The notes under the pieces were generated by a model, which was not told the DNA's origin, ran no database searches, and saw only the letters and a program-made list of their open reading frames with translations. A program made the position numbers and the translations under genes. Below are positions 1 to 7,907 of a DNA stretch of 34,859 nucleotides, in pieces. This stretch comes from Myxococcota bacterium (GTDB lineage Bacteria; Myxococcota_A; UBA796; CAJQPC01), in the NCBI GenBank assembly GCA_036229005.1, contig JAZAMN010000046.1:1-34859 (forward strand). The letters run 5' to 3'. The stretch's first letter is position 1. Every line of letters begins with the position of its first letter.

Positions 1-7
1 CGTGTTG

Positions 8-312
8 GGCTTCGCAGGCTGGCGCGCCCCCTCCTGGCGGGTATCACGCGCGCCTGCCGCGAAGCCGCGAGGCTCATGCCTGAGCCGAGCCGGGGCTCCC
101 TCGGGGAGCTCCGCTCAGGGGGTGTGGGGGCCGTGCCCCCACAAAGGATCACGAGTTTGCTTCGCGGACCCCAAGTCCGGACAGCCAGCGCATCCGCTGA
201 AAGCGGATACCCGCGCGCTGGCGTCCGGGCTGCGAGGGCCATGCCTGGCCCGAGCCGGGGCTCCCCTTTGGGAGTCCCGCTTAGGGGGCGTGGGGGCCGT
301 GCCCCCACAAAA
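8..312 (+). repeat. Two tandem copies (about 8-145 and 175-312, period about 165 bp) of a four-hairpin structured element
   Basis: The 3' halves are near-identical (67-145 vs 232-312). Stems are kept through compensatory changes, e.g. GGCTCA-TGCC-TGAGCC vs GGGCCA-TGCC-TGGCCC. Both copies end in GTGGGGGC-CGT-GCCCCCAC-AAA. Confidence 0.85.
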
Positions 313-326
313 TACCGAGAGTTCGC

Positions 327-1751
327 TCAGCGAACTCTCGCAACCACCTTGAACTCCACAGCAATCGGGGTCGGGAGCGCCGTGATCGCCACGGTCGTCC
401 GGGTCGCCTGGATGGGCTGGAAGGTGGCCGCGTAGACCTTGTTGTAGCCTTTGAAGTCCCGGTCCATGTCGACCAGGAAGGCCTGGACGTCGACCACGTC
501 CTCCAGGCGGCTGCCGGCGGCCTCCAGGATGACGCGGACGTTGTCGATGACGGCCTGGGTCTGGGCTTCGATGTCGTAGTCCAGAGGGTTGCCGTCAGCG
601 TCCTTGATGGGACCGCCGGGGATGGCGTCGGTGCCGGGCTGACGGGGGCCGACGCCGCTGAGGTACAGCAGGTCTCCGACCCGCCGCGCGTGGGGATAGG
701 CCCCGACGGGCTTGGGCGCGGCCGAGGTGTTCACGGCGGTCTGCGCCCCGGTGTCCTCGCTTGCGGGCGGGGGGGCAGAGGTGCGCGGGGGCTGGGGTTC
801 GGGGCGGTGGGCCCCAGAGTCCGGAGTCGACACAGCGCCCTCCTCCCCCTGGACAGCGACGACGTTGCGGTCGCCGGTGAAGACCTCGACCTCGTCTTCA
901 TCGAACTCCTTGGAGCCGATGCCGCGCTCGACGGGGACCAGGGTGACGACGGCGGCGCCGGTGCCGTACAGAGGCGCGTAGGCATGCACGGTGCCGGCGT
1001 AGTTGTTGTGCTGGCCCATCACGCCGGACAGGAACCACATGGGCTTGAAGTTGACGACCTTCTGCACCCGGATGCGCTGCTGGATGCTGCGGGAGAGCTG
1101 CGCGACGTCCTCCAGGCGCCCCTCGCCCAGGAACTGCAGGAGCTTGCGGTTCCACTCGTCGTCCTTGGTGGAGTGGATGCGGTCCTCGCCCGGCTGGATC
1201 CAGTCGGTGAACAGCCGGTTGGACAGGGTCTGCACGTTGAACACGGCGACCTTGCGACCCTTCATGGCGTCGCGGGCGGCCTTGGCGAGCACGACGGTCT
1301 CAGCGCGGTCGGAGTAGACGTTGGAGCTGACGATGCTCGCCGGGATGCGGTTGTCCCCGTTGAGCAGCTTGAGCGCCACCACGGACCCGGTATCGATGGG
1401 GAAGCCGTGGTAGTCCACCGTGCGCGCCTGGAGCCCGCGGGCCTTGGCGGCGTCGCAGAAGCGCTCGCCGAACTCCTTGTCGATGCGGAAGGAGTAGGGG
1501 ATGGAGCCCAGGCCGTGGAAGAGCTCGTCCACGTGCACCCACTCGGGGTTCTCGCGGGCCTGGATCTGGTGCCCGATCACCGATGGCCACATGGTGCTGT
1601 AGAGCAGCAGGAGGTCGGCGCCGGAGTCGATGATGGCCTGCCGCGCGCGCTCGAAGCCGTTGGCCAGAGAGAGCCACCCCGCGTTGTCGTTGGGGCAGAG
1701 CAGGGGGTGGGGAATGCCGGGGACGATGCCCCCCAGGACGATCTCGCTCAT
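327..1751 (-). CDS. Fusion of 2-aminophenol 1,6-dioxygenase alpha (non-catalytic) subunit and a RidA/YjgF-family 2-aminomuconate deaminase
   Basis: N-terminal LigB-like region resembles AmnA/CnbCa (PGIPHPLL, YSTMWPSVIGH, GFPIDTGSVV) and lacks the beta-subunit Fe ligands. A Pro-rich linker precedes a C-terminal RidA domain (APKPVGAYPHARRVGDLLYLSG...FKGYNKVY...RTTV...VEFK). ATGA overlap with the upstream gene. Confidence 0.85.
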   Translation of the reverse strand: MSEIVLGGIVPGIPHPLLCPNDNAGWLSLANGFERARQAIIDSGADLLLLYSTMWPSVIGHQIQARENPEWVHVDELFHGLGSIPYSFRIDKEFGERFCDAAKARGLQARTVDYHGFPIDTGSVVALKLLNGDNRIPASIVSSNVYSDRAETVVLAKAARDAMKGRKVAVFNVQTLSNRLFTDWIQPGEDRIHSTKDDEWNRKLLQFLGEGRLEDVAQLSRSIQQRIRVQKVVNFKPMWFLSGVMGQHNNYAGTVHAYAPLYGTGAAVVTLVPVERGIGSKEFDEDEVEVFTGDRNVVAVQGEEGAVSTPDSGAHRPEPQPPRTSAPPPASEDTGAQTAVNTSAAPKPVGAYPHARRVGDLLYLSGVGPRQPGTDAIPGGPIKDADGNPLDYDIEAQTQAVIDNVRVILEAAGSRLEDVVDVQAFLVDMDRDFKGYNKVYAATFQPIQATRTTVAITALPTPIAVEFKVVARVR

Positions 1752-3007
1752 GCCTTGTACTCCTGGAAGGCTTCCACCGTCAGAGAGACGGTCTCGCGGA
1801 CGCGTTCGGTGCTGTGCTCGCGCTCGGGGATGCGCCCGATGGCGGCCAGCAGCATCTTCTCGGGCACGCCCTGGCGCAGCGCGGCCTTGATGTCGGGGAG
1901 GAGGTCGGGATCCAGGCCGTGGTCAAAGAGCGTCTTCAACCCCTCGGGCAGGGAGTCCGCGGGGGACTTCCTTGCGCTCCTGCCCGTCGGCGAGGTCCCC
2001 TCGGCGTCCGCTGCGTTGACCAGGTTCCTCAATCCTTCCAGGAGCTTGGCGCCCTGGCCCCCCTCGCGGATCTTCTTGCCGAGCTGCTCGAGCTGGAGGC
2101 TGTCGGCGAACTCCTTGAGGGGCTTGCGCTGGGCCTGGGGATCCAGCCACGCGGCGACGGCGTTGCCGGTGCCGATGACGGTGCCGTAGGCGTAGACCTC
2201 GGCCGGGAAGCTGGGGTAGTCCATGGCCGAGAGCATCCAGGTGAGCGCGCCGGCGTCGGTCTCGGAGATGGCCTGGGTGGTGAACTCGGGCATCAGGTCC
2301 ACGATCTCGCGGGCCTTGCCCTGCCGCATCAGCTCGATGATGCGCATGTCCCAGAGGTACTGGCCGTGGTGGGTGATGTGCTCGCGGCTCATGTCTTCGG
2401 GGATCTCGCCTTCGGTCACAAAGTGTCGGTGGCTGAGGCTGTGCGAGGACACCAGCACCACGCGCTTGTCGCTGGCCTGCAGGACCTCACGGGTGGCGCG
2501 GCCCAGGGCGATGGCCTGCTCCTGCATGACCTCGACGCTGTAGAACGCGGCGTTGCGGCAGCTCGAGAGGGTGACGATGGGGATGTCCCAGGCCGGGTTG
2601 AGCAGGTGTCCGGAGACGATCGTGCCGTAGTCCACGCGGAAGTCGGGGTTCTCCATCAGGGCGGTGACCAGGCCGGCCTCGCGGGCGGCGGTCTCCAGCT
2701 CCCGGGCCAGCTCCACGTCGACCTGGACGTCGTAGCTGTAGCGGAACAGGTTGGGGAACACGGGGTCCACCGACTTGCCCGACAGGCGCGGCACGGCCAG
2801 GAAGTGGGTGCCGATGTAGGTCTGCCAGTGGGGGCTCAGGATGACGATGGCGTCGGGCTGCAGCGCCAGGATGTCCTTGCGCATGCGCTCGTAGCCCCAG
2901 CGCAGGTTCTCCCAGCCGCACTCCGCGCGCGGCTCGTTCTGGGGCGGGTTCTCCGCGTAGACCAGGTGGGGGGGATGGGGCGCCAGGGCGCCGGCGATGA
3001 TGGGCAC
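1748..3007 (-). CDS. amnB: 2-aminophenol 1,6-dioxygenase beta (catalytic) subunit with an extra C-terminal region of about 130 aa
   Basis: Signature PHPPHLVYAENPPQNEPRAECGWE, plus SPHW, VDYGT, SHSLSH and YGTVIGTGNA. Start moved to GTG at 3007, which follows a GGAG RBS; the ORF-track start at 3115 lies inside a hairpin element. Confidence 0.9.
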   Translation of the reverse strand: MPIIAGALAPHPPHLVYAENPPQNEPRAECGWENLRWGYERMRKDILALQPDAIVILSPHWQTYIGTHFLAVPRLSGKSVDPVFPNLFRYSYDVQVDVELARELETAAREAGLVTALMENPDFRVDYGTIVSGHLLNPAWDIPIVTLSSCRNAAFYSVEVMQEQAIALGRATREVLQASDKRVVLVSSHSLSHRHFVTEGEIPEDMSREHITHHGQYLWDMRIIELMRQGKAREIVDLMPEFTTQAISETDAGALTWMLSAMDYPSFPAEVYAYGTVIGTGNAVAAWLDPQAQRKPLKEFADSLQLEQLGKKIREGGQGAKLLEGLRNLVNAADAEGTSPTGRSARKSPADSLPEGLKTLFDHGLDPDLLPDIKAALRQGVPEKMLLAAIGRIPEREHSTERVRETVSLTVEAFQEYKA

Positions 3008-3028
3008 TGGTGAGACTCCGAAGGAGAA

Positions 3029-3204
3029 GTTCCGCCGGCCCGACCTTCCGAAGAGGAGAGTCCGGCGGAACCCGGGCCGTTGTCGGCCCGCGGGGGCCTG
3101 CGCCCTTGGGCGCATTTCCGGGGGAGTCCCCCGGAGAAGAGAATGTAGGTTCGCGGCGTGCGGGAGATGGGGCCCGAAGGGTACCAGGGCCCGCGGGCCG
3201 CGAA
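3029..3204. repeat. Intergenic cluster of five consecutive GC-rich inverted repeats
   Basis: GTTCCGCCGG/CCGGCGGAAC (3029-3071); CGGGCCG-TTGT-CGGCCCG (3073-3090); TGCGCCC-TT-GGGCGCA (3099-3114); TCCGGGGGA-G-TCCCCCGGA (3117-3135); TTCGCGGC/GCCGCGAA (3151-3204). Confidence 0.75.
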
Positions 3205-3205
3205 A

Positions 3206-4663
3206 CTACAGCTGGATGCAGATGTTCTTGGACTCGGAGTAGAACTCAAGGCTCCACCGACCGCCCTCGCGGCCGACGCCCGAGTCTTTGACCCCGCCGA
3301 AGGGCACGCGCAGGTCGCGCTTGAGCCAGGTGTTCACCCAGACCATGCCGACGTGCAGGGCCTCGCTGACGCGGTAGGCGCGCTGCAGGTCCCGGGTCCA
3401 CACGCTGGAGGACAGGCCGTAGCGGGTGCCGTTGGCGGCCTGGATGGCCTCGTCTTCGGAGTCGAAGGGGTGGAGGCTGACCACGGGGCCGAAGATCTCC
3501 TCGGTCGCGCAGCGAGAGTCCACGCCCAGCCCGGCCAGCACGGTGGGCTCGAAGAAGGCGCCCTGATCCAGAGGCGTGGGCAGGCTGGGGATGCCGCCGC
3601 CGCAGAGTACACGTCCGCCCTCTTCGCGGGCCAGCGCCACGTAGCCGGCCACCTTGTCGCGGTGGGCCAGGGAGTTCAGGGCGCCCACGTCGGTGTCGGG
3701 GCTGCGCGGATCCCCCACCTTGAGGGCGGCCACGCGGGCGACCAGCTTCTCTTCAAACTCGGCGTAGATGCTGCGCTCCACCAGGATGCGGCTGCCGCAG
3801 AGGCAGATCTCGCCCTGGTTGGTGAAGGCCGCGCGGGCGGCGCCCTCTACCGCCTTGTCCAGGTCGCAGTCGGCAAACACCAGGGTCGCGTTCTTGCCGC
3901 CAAGCTCCAGGCTCAGCTTCTTGAACATGGGGGCCGCGGTGCGGGCCACGTGGGTGCCGGTGGCGGTCCCGCCGGTGAAGGAGATCAGCTTGACCTCGGG
4001 GTGCTCGACCAGCGCCTGGCCGGCCTCAGCCCCAAGCCCATGCACCACGTTGAACACGCCGTCGGGCAGCCCGGCCTCCTTGGTGATGCAGGCCAGCACG
4101 CTGGCGGTCAGCGGGGCCAGCTCCGAGGGCTTGGCGACGATGGTGTTGCCCATCGCCAGCGCGGGCGCGAGCTTCCAGGACAGCAGGTAGAGGGGCAGGT
4201 TCCAGGGGGTGATGAGCCCGCAGACCCCCACCGGGCTGCGGTGGGTGGTGTTCAGCGCGTCCGCCATGCGGTGCGAGGGCAGCTCCTGGTGGCGCACGGC
4301 CCCGGCGAAGAAGCGGAAGTTCGCGACCACGCGGGGGATGTCGATGCGGCGGGCCAGCGAGACGGGCTTGCCCTGATCTGCGCTCTCGACCTGGGCCAGC
4401 AGCTCCAGGTGCTGCTCCACCTTGTCGGCGATGTTGTCCAGGATGTCGGCGCGCTGCTCGAAGGACATGGCGGCCCATGCCGGCGCGGCGCGCTTGGCGG
4501 CGGTCACGGCCAGGTTGACCTCGGCTGGGCCAGATCGCGGCATGTCGACGAGCTTCTCGGATGTCGCGGGGTTGAGCTTCTCCATGAAGGAGGAGGGGAT
4601 CTCCTTCCTCCCGTCGATCCAGTTGGACCGCCCGCACATGATGGCTTCGAGGAGATCTCTCAA
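3206..4663 (-). CDS. Aldehyde dehydrogenase, 2-aminomuconic (or 2-hydroxymuconic) 6-semialdehyde dehydrogenase type
   Basis: ALDH motifs ITPWNLPLYLLSWK, KPSE, SFTGG, LELGGKN, NQGEICLCGSR (catalytic Cys), EEIFGPV and RDLRVPFGGVK, typical of the HMSDH/ALDH8 clade. Start is TTG 4663 (overlapping the upstream stop) or ATG 4639. Confidence 0.9.
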   Translation of the reverse strand: MRDLLEAIMCGRSNWIDGRKEIPSSFMEKLNPATSEKLVDMPRSGPAEVNLAVTAAKRAAPAWAAMSFEQRADILDNIADKVEQHLELLAQVESADQGKPVSLARRIDIPRVVANFRFFAGAVRHQELPSHRMADALNTTHRSPVGVCGLITPWNLPLYLLSWKLAPALAMGNTIVAKPSELAPLTASVLACITKEAGLPDGVFNVVHGLGAEAGQALVEHPEVKLISFTGGTATGTHVARTAAPMFKKLSLELGGKNATLVFADCDLDKAVEGAARAAFTNQGEICLCGSRILVERSIYAEFEEKLVARVAALKVGDPRSPDTDVGALNSLAHRDKVAGYVALAREEGGRVLCGGGIPSLPTPLDQGAFFEPTVLAGLGVDSRCATEEIFGPVVSLHPFDSEDEAIQAANGTRYGLSSSVWTRDLQRAYRVSEALHVGMVWVNTWLKRDLRVPFGGVKDSGVGREGGRWSLEFYSESKNICIQL

Positions 4664-5802
4664 GGCTGCTCCCAGTCGGCGAGGTACTGCTGGGTGTCAT
4701 AGACCCAGCGCTCCTGGTCGGGATCCCACTCGTCCCAGGTGGGCACCTGCTCCAGCTTGGGGACGTCGCGCTCGGGCACGATGCCGGGGACCAGGAAGGC
4801 CTTCTGCCGGTGCAGCGCGGAGGGGTTCCGGAGCTCGATGCCGAGCACGCCCAGGATGCCGCGGGCGACGTACCAGGTGGCCTGGGAGTTCCAGCCGTGG
4901 GCGATCTTGATGACCACGCCCAGGCCCTGGGGGTAGTCGGGGTGCTCGATGGCCATGCCCAGCAGACCGTCCGCGCCCTCCTTGGCGATCACGCGCCCGG
5001 CGCCGGCCTTGATGACGCTGGAGTCCAGGCGGTCGAAGCCGCCGACCAGGTCGGGGTGGCGGGTCATGGCCTCCCAGATCCAGTCGTCGTCCTTCTGCTG
5101 GACCAGGCCGGCGTAGAGGCGGGCGAGCTCGTTGACGGTGTTGGAGACGGTGGGCAGACCGCAGCCGTCCTTGGCGATGCGCAGGGGCTTCCAGTCGTCG
5201 CCCAGGTGCCTCCGGAGCTGCCCCAGGTAGGCCTGGAACGCGGGGTGCATGGGGAGGGTGTAGCCCACGCGGCGCCAGCCCTTGGCTTTGCAGCCGGCCA
5301 GGATGGCGGCGTGCTCCCCGGAGCAGGTGTGGTACCAGCGGCGAGCGCGTCGAACCTGGCGTCCAAACTGCACAAGCGGCACGTCCAGAGGCGTCTGCAT
5401 CAGGCCCCACTCGGCGGGGGCCAGCAAGGACTGTGCGGTGGCGACGTGCTCGGTGTCGCCGTTGTGGGAGGCCACGGAGATGGCCTTCTGCTCCCAGCTC
5501 CGGTCCGCCAGGTCCTGGGCGAACACCTTCATCATGAAGGGCTTCATCATGGAGCGGCCGTAGCAGAGCACGTTGCCGCCGAAGCTGTGGATGATGCGGT
5601 TGCCGTGGGCCCAGGCGACGGCGCCGTGGATGGTGGTCTCGCTCACGCCGTTGCGGCGGTAGTCGACCAGGGGCTCCCAGTCGACCTCCCGACCGGTCGG
5701 GATGCCGCGCTCCTGCTCGCCCAGAGGAGAGCGGGGGTACATGGCGGAGCCCGGGCGGCCCGGAGCGACCGCGCTGGGCGGGGTGTGCTTGTCGGCGCTC
5801 AC
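4660..5802 (-). CDS. L-asparaginase II (Rhizobium-type, class 3) family protein with altered motifs
   Basis: RSMMKP (RSxxKP), ASHNG, TCSGEH (canonical NCSGKH), DGCGLP and AKEGADG. Start set at GTG 5802 (GTGA overlap with the upstream stop). Confidence 0.8.
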   Translation of the reverse strand: MSADKHTPPSAVAPGRPGSAMYPRSPLGEQERGIPTGREVDWEPLVDYRRNGVSETTIHGAVAWAHGNRIIHSFGGNVLCYGRSMMKPFMMKVFAQDLADRSWEQKAISVASHNGDTEHVATAQSLLAPAEWGLMQTPLDVPLVQFGRQVRRARRWYHTCSGEHAAILAGCKAKGWRRVGYTLPMHPAFQAYLGQLRRHLGDDWKPLRIAKDGCGLPTVSNTVNELARLYAGLVQQKDDDWIWEAMTRHPDLVGGFDRLDSSVIKAGAGRVIAKEGADGLLGMAIEHPDYPQGLGVVIKIAHGWNSQATWYVARGILGVLGIELRNPSALHRQKAFLVPGIVPERDVPKLEQVPTWDEWDPDQERWVYDTQQYLADWEQP

Positions 5803-7037
5803 TGCTCGCCCTCCACCAGGGGCACCACGCGCTCCATGAAGTGGGTCATGTTGTCGATCACGCGGTCGCAGTCGTGGTTGAAGAAGTCGAACCACAGCAT
5901 CAGGCGGTCGTCGGGGTGGAAGCGCTCGCGGATCTGCGCGGCGACCTCCTGGGCGTTGCCGATCAGCGCGTTGTCGGCGGCCTGCTCCACCCGGCTGGGG
6001 TCGATGGTGCCCTGCAGGGCCTTCCAGTAGGCGCCCAGAGCCTCTCGGGCCTCGCGGTGGGCGGCCTCACTGCGCTCGGTGGGGCTCAGGCCGGGCTGCT
6101 CGTTCAGGAACACGAACACCGTGCGCGGCATGTAGGCGCGCTGCCAGGGGCCACCGTCGGGGTGGTAGTTGGCGGCCATGCGCTGGTGGGTGTCCTCGAT
6201 GACCTCGGGGCGGGTGATCGACAGGTTGAAGACCTGAACCGGGGCCCACTGGTTGAGCTGCTCCTGGAGCTTGGGGTCGTGGCTGCCCACGATGCGCACC
6301 AGCAGCTCGCGGCGCCAGGACTGGGGGATGATCTTGAGCACCTCGAAGTCCCAGCGGTTGGCGAAGGTGATGCTCTCGGTGTCGACCTCCTCCTCCAGCT
6401 CTTCAGAAAGGGCGTCAAGCACCTTCTGCCAGTCGGCGTCCGAGCGGAAGTTGTCCCGAGACAGGGTGGTGTCGCCCACGTCCGTGCTCGCCAGGGTCTC
6501 CCCATTGAGCAGCCGCAGGAAGATCTCGGCGGCCTCCGCGAACACCTTGCCGCGCAGGGCTGGCCAGGCCGCGGCCTCGACCTCATCGCGGGGGACGATG
6601 CCGCTGGCGCGGTTCATGAACTGGAAGCGCCCGCCCGAGAAGCCGATGTGCAGGCGCCGGGACTCCTGGGGGTCCAGTCCGTGCTGGAGCAGGAAGCTGG
6701 CCACGCGCTCCGCCGCTGCCACCGGGCCGCCCATGCAGACGATGTTCATGATGGCGGTGCCCACCTCGATTCTCTCGGTGCGGGCGAAGATGCGGGCCGC
6801 CAGGTCCAGGGCGTTGACGTTGAGCCCGACCTCGCCCTCCCAGTGGGGGATGACCGGGTGGTCGTGGGCCTTCTGCACCTCGGAGCTCAGGTGGGACTCG
6901 GCCAGCCAGGCAACGCCAAAACCAAGCTTGTCCGCCGATTCCACCTGTCGGTAGAAGCTTCGGAACATCTGCTGCTCGCTGGGCAGCTTGCCGTCCACTG
7001 GGGTCTGGCTGATGGAGAAGAAGATGTCGTAGCGCAT
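5799..7037 (-). CDS. LLM-class (luciferase-like) flavin-dependent monooxygenase
   Basis: N-terminal MRYDIFF...ADKLGFGVAWLAESH, TERIEVGTAI, PVAAAERVA, RLHIGFSGG and C-terminal LIGNAQEVAAQI fit the luciferase TIM barrel. ATG 7037 follows AAAGGA. Confidence 0.85.
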   Translation of the reverse strand: MRYDIFFSISQTPVDGKLPSEQQMFRSFYRQVESADKLGFGVAWLAESHLSSEVQKAHDHPVIPHWEGEVGLNVNALDLAARIFARTERIEVGTAIMNIVCMGGPVAAAERVASFLLQHGLDPQESRRLHIGFSGGRFQFMNRASGIVPRDEVEAAAWPALRGKVFAEAAEIFLRLLNGETLASTDVGDTTLSRDNFRSDADWQKVLDALSEELEEEVDTESITFANRWDFEVLKIIPQSWRRELLVRIVGSHDPKLQEQLNQWAPVQVFNLSITRPEVIEDTHQRMAANYHPDGGPWQRAYMPRTVFVFLNEQPGLSPTERSEAAHREAREALGAYWKALQGTIDPSRVEQAADNALIGNAQEVAAQIRERFHPDDRLMLWFDFFNHDCDRVIDNMTHFMERVVPLVEGEQ

Positions 7038-7059
7038 GGCCCGTCCTTTGCGGCGCATC

Positions 7060-7854
7060 TTAGCGCCCGACCCAGAGCAGGTCCGTCCAGAGCTCGGACT
7101 CCAGCAGCGGCCCGTCTTCCACAAAGAGGCTCTGGGCGTCGGGGTCCCCGCTCAGCTCTGCCCGCATCCACGCGGTCGCCAGGCCGCGGTGCCCGCCCCC
7201 GTCGCCGCCCATCTCCAGGTGTCCAGCCCCTCGGAGGTGCGCCACCAGCCCGGTTCCGCTGGTGCTCTCCAGCCACTCGTGGTTCTTCCGGGTCGGGGAG
7301 ATGATGTTGTCCCGGGCCCCAGACTGGATGAAGAGCCGGGTGTCGATCTCCGAGGGCTCCAGGGTGTCCTCTTCGCTCCAGAGGGAGGGCTTGGGGAGTG
7401 CGTTGGCCAGCACAGTGTCGATGTCCACCTCCTGGCCTTGGGTGAGCAGGTGCGCGTTCAAGGAGCTGCCGGCCCCTTGCGAGGTCCCCATGGCGCCGAC
7501 CCGCGAGAAGTCCGCCTGGAACGCCCCGGCGTCGGCTTCGAGCTGGGCCGACTCCAAGAGCGCGGCGGCGCGCTCCCCGGTGCCCATCTGCTCGTCATCA
7601 CAGGCCAGCACCACAAAGCCCCAGGAGGCCAGGTGCTCCAGCAGCTCTTGGTACTGCTCCGCGCGTGTGCCCGAGCCGTTGGAGAAGAGGATGACCGGGG
7701 CGGGATCCTCCGCGTCGGGGACATACGCGTACGCGGCGAGCCCATCGTCCAGCGCCCACTCCCAGGAGGAGAACGCGTGGGGGCCCGGCGCAGCGTGCAC
7801 CGCCTCCAGATCCAGGGGGGCGCGGCCGCAGGCCAACAAGGCGAAGAGGGTCAT
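7060..7854 (-). CDS. Alpha/beta hydrolase (chlorophyllase/cutinase-like), probable lipoprotein
   Basis: PVILFSNG, HLASWGFVV, nucleophile elbow GTSQG, GARD and GAGH give a Ser-Asp-His triad. ATG 7854 follows GGAGG; N-terminus is MTLFALLAC. Confidence 0.75.
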   Translation of the reverse strand: MTLFALLACGRAPLDLEAVHAAPGPHAFSSWEWALDDGLAAYAYVPDAEDPAPVILFSNGSGTRAEQYQELLEHLASWGFVVLACDDEQMGTGERAAALLESAQLEADAGAFQADFSRVGAMGTSQGAGSSLNAHLLTQGQEVDIDTVLANALPKPSLWSEEDTLEPSEIDTRLFIQSGARDNIISPTRKNHEWLESTSGTGLVAHLRGAGHLEMGGDGGGHRGLATAWMRAELSGDPDAQSLFVEDGPLLESELWTDLLWVGR

Positions 7855-7907
7855 CGGGGCCTCCGTGCTCGGGGTTGGGGCCCCGGACGCCCGAGGCCGT
7901 CGATCGT

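Noticed and set aside
124..145. Intrinsic terminator reading of GTGGGGGC-CGT-GCCCCCAC-AAA (also 290-312 and the GTAG hairpins)
   Set aside because: The A-run follows the hairpin on one strand, so the T-run precedes it on the other. Neither orientation gives hairpin-then-U-tract.
2..435. Short ORFs 2..352 and 76..435, and ORFs across 33810-34546
   Set aside because: They are translations of palindromic repeat DNA, with internally repeated peptides and no protein-like features.
1748..3007. 3-hydroxyanthranilate 3,4-dioxygenase (canonical kynurenine pathway)
   Set aside because: HAD is a small cupin. These two genes are LigB-fold with 2-aminophenol 1,6-dioxygenase signatures.
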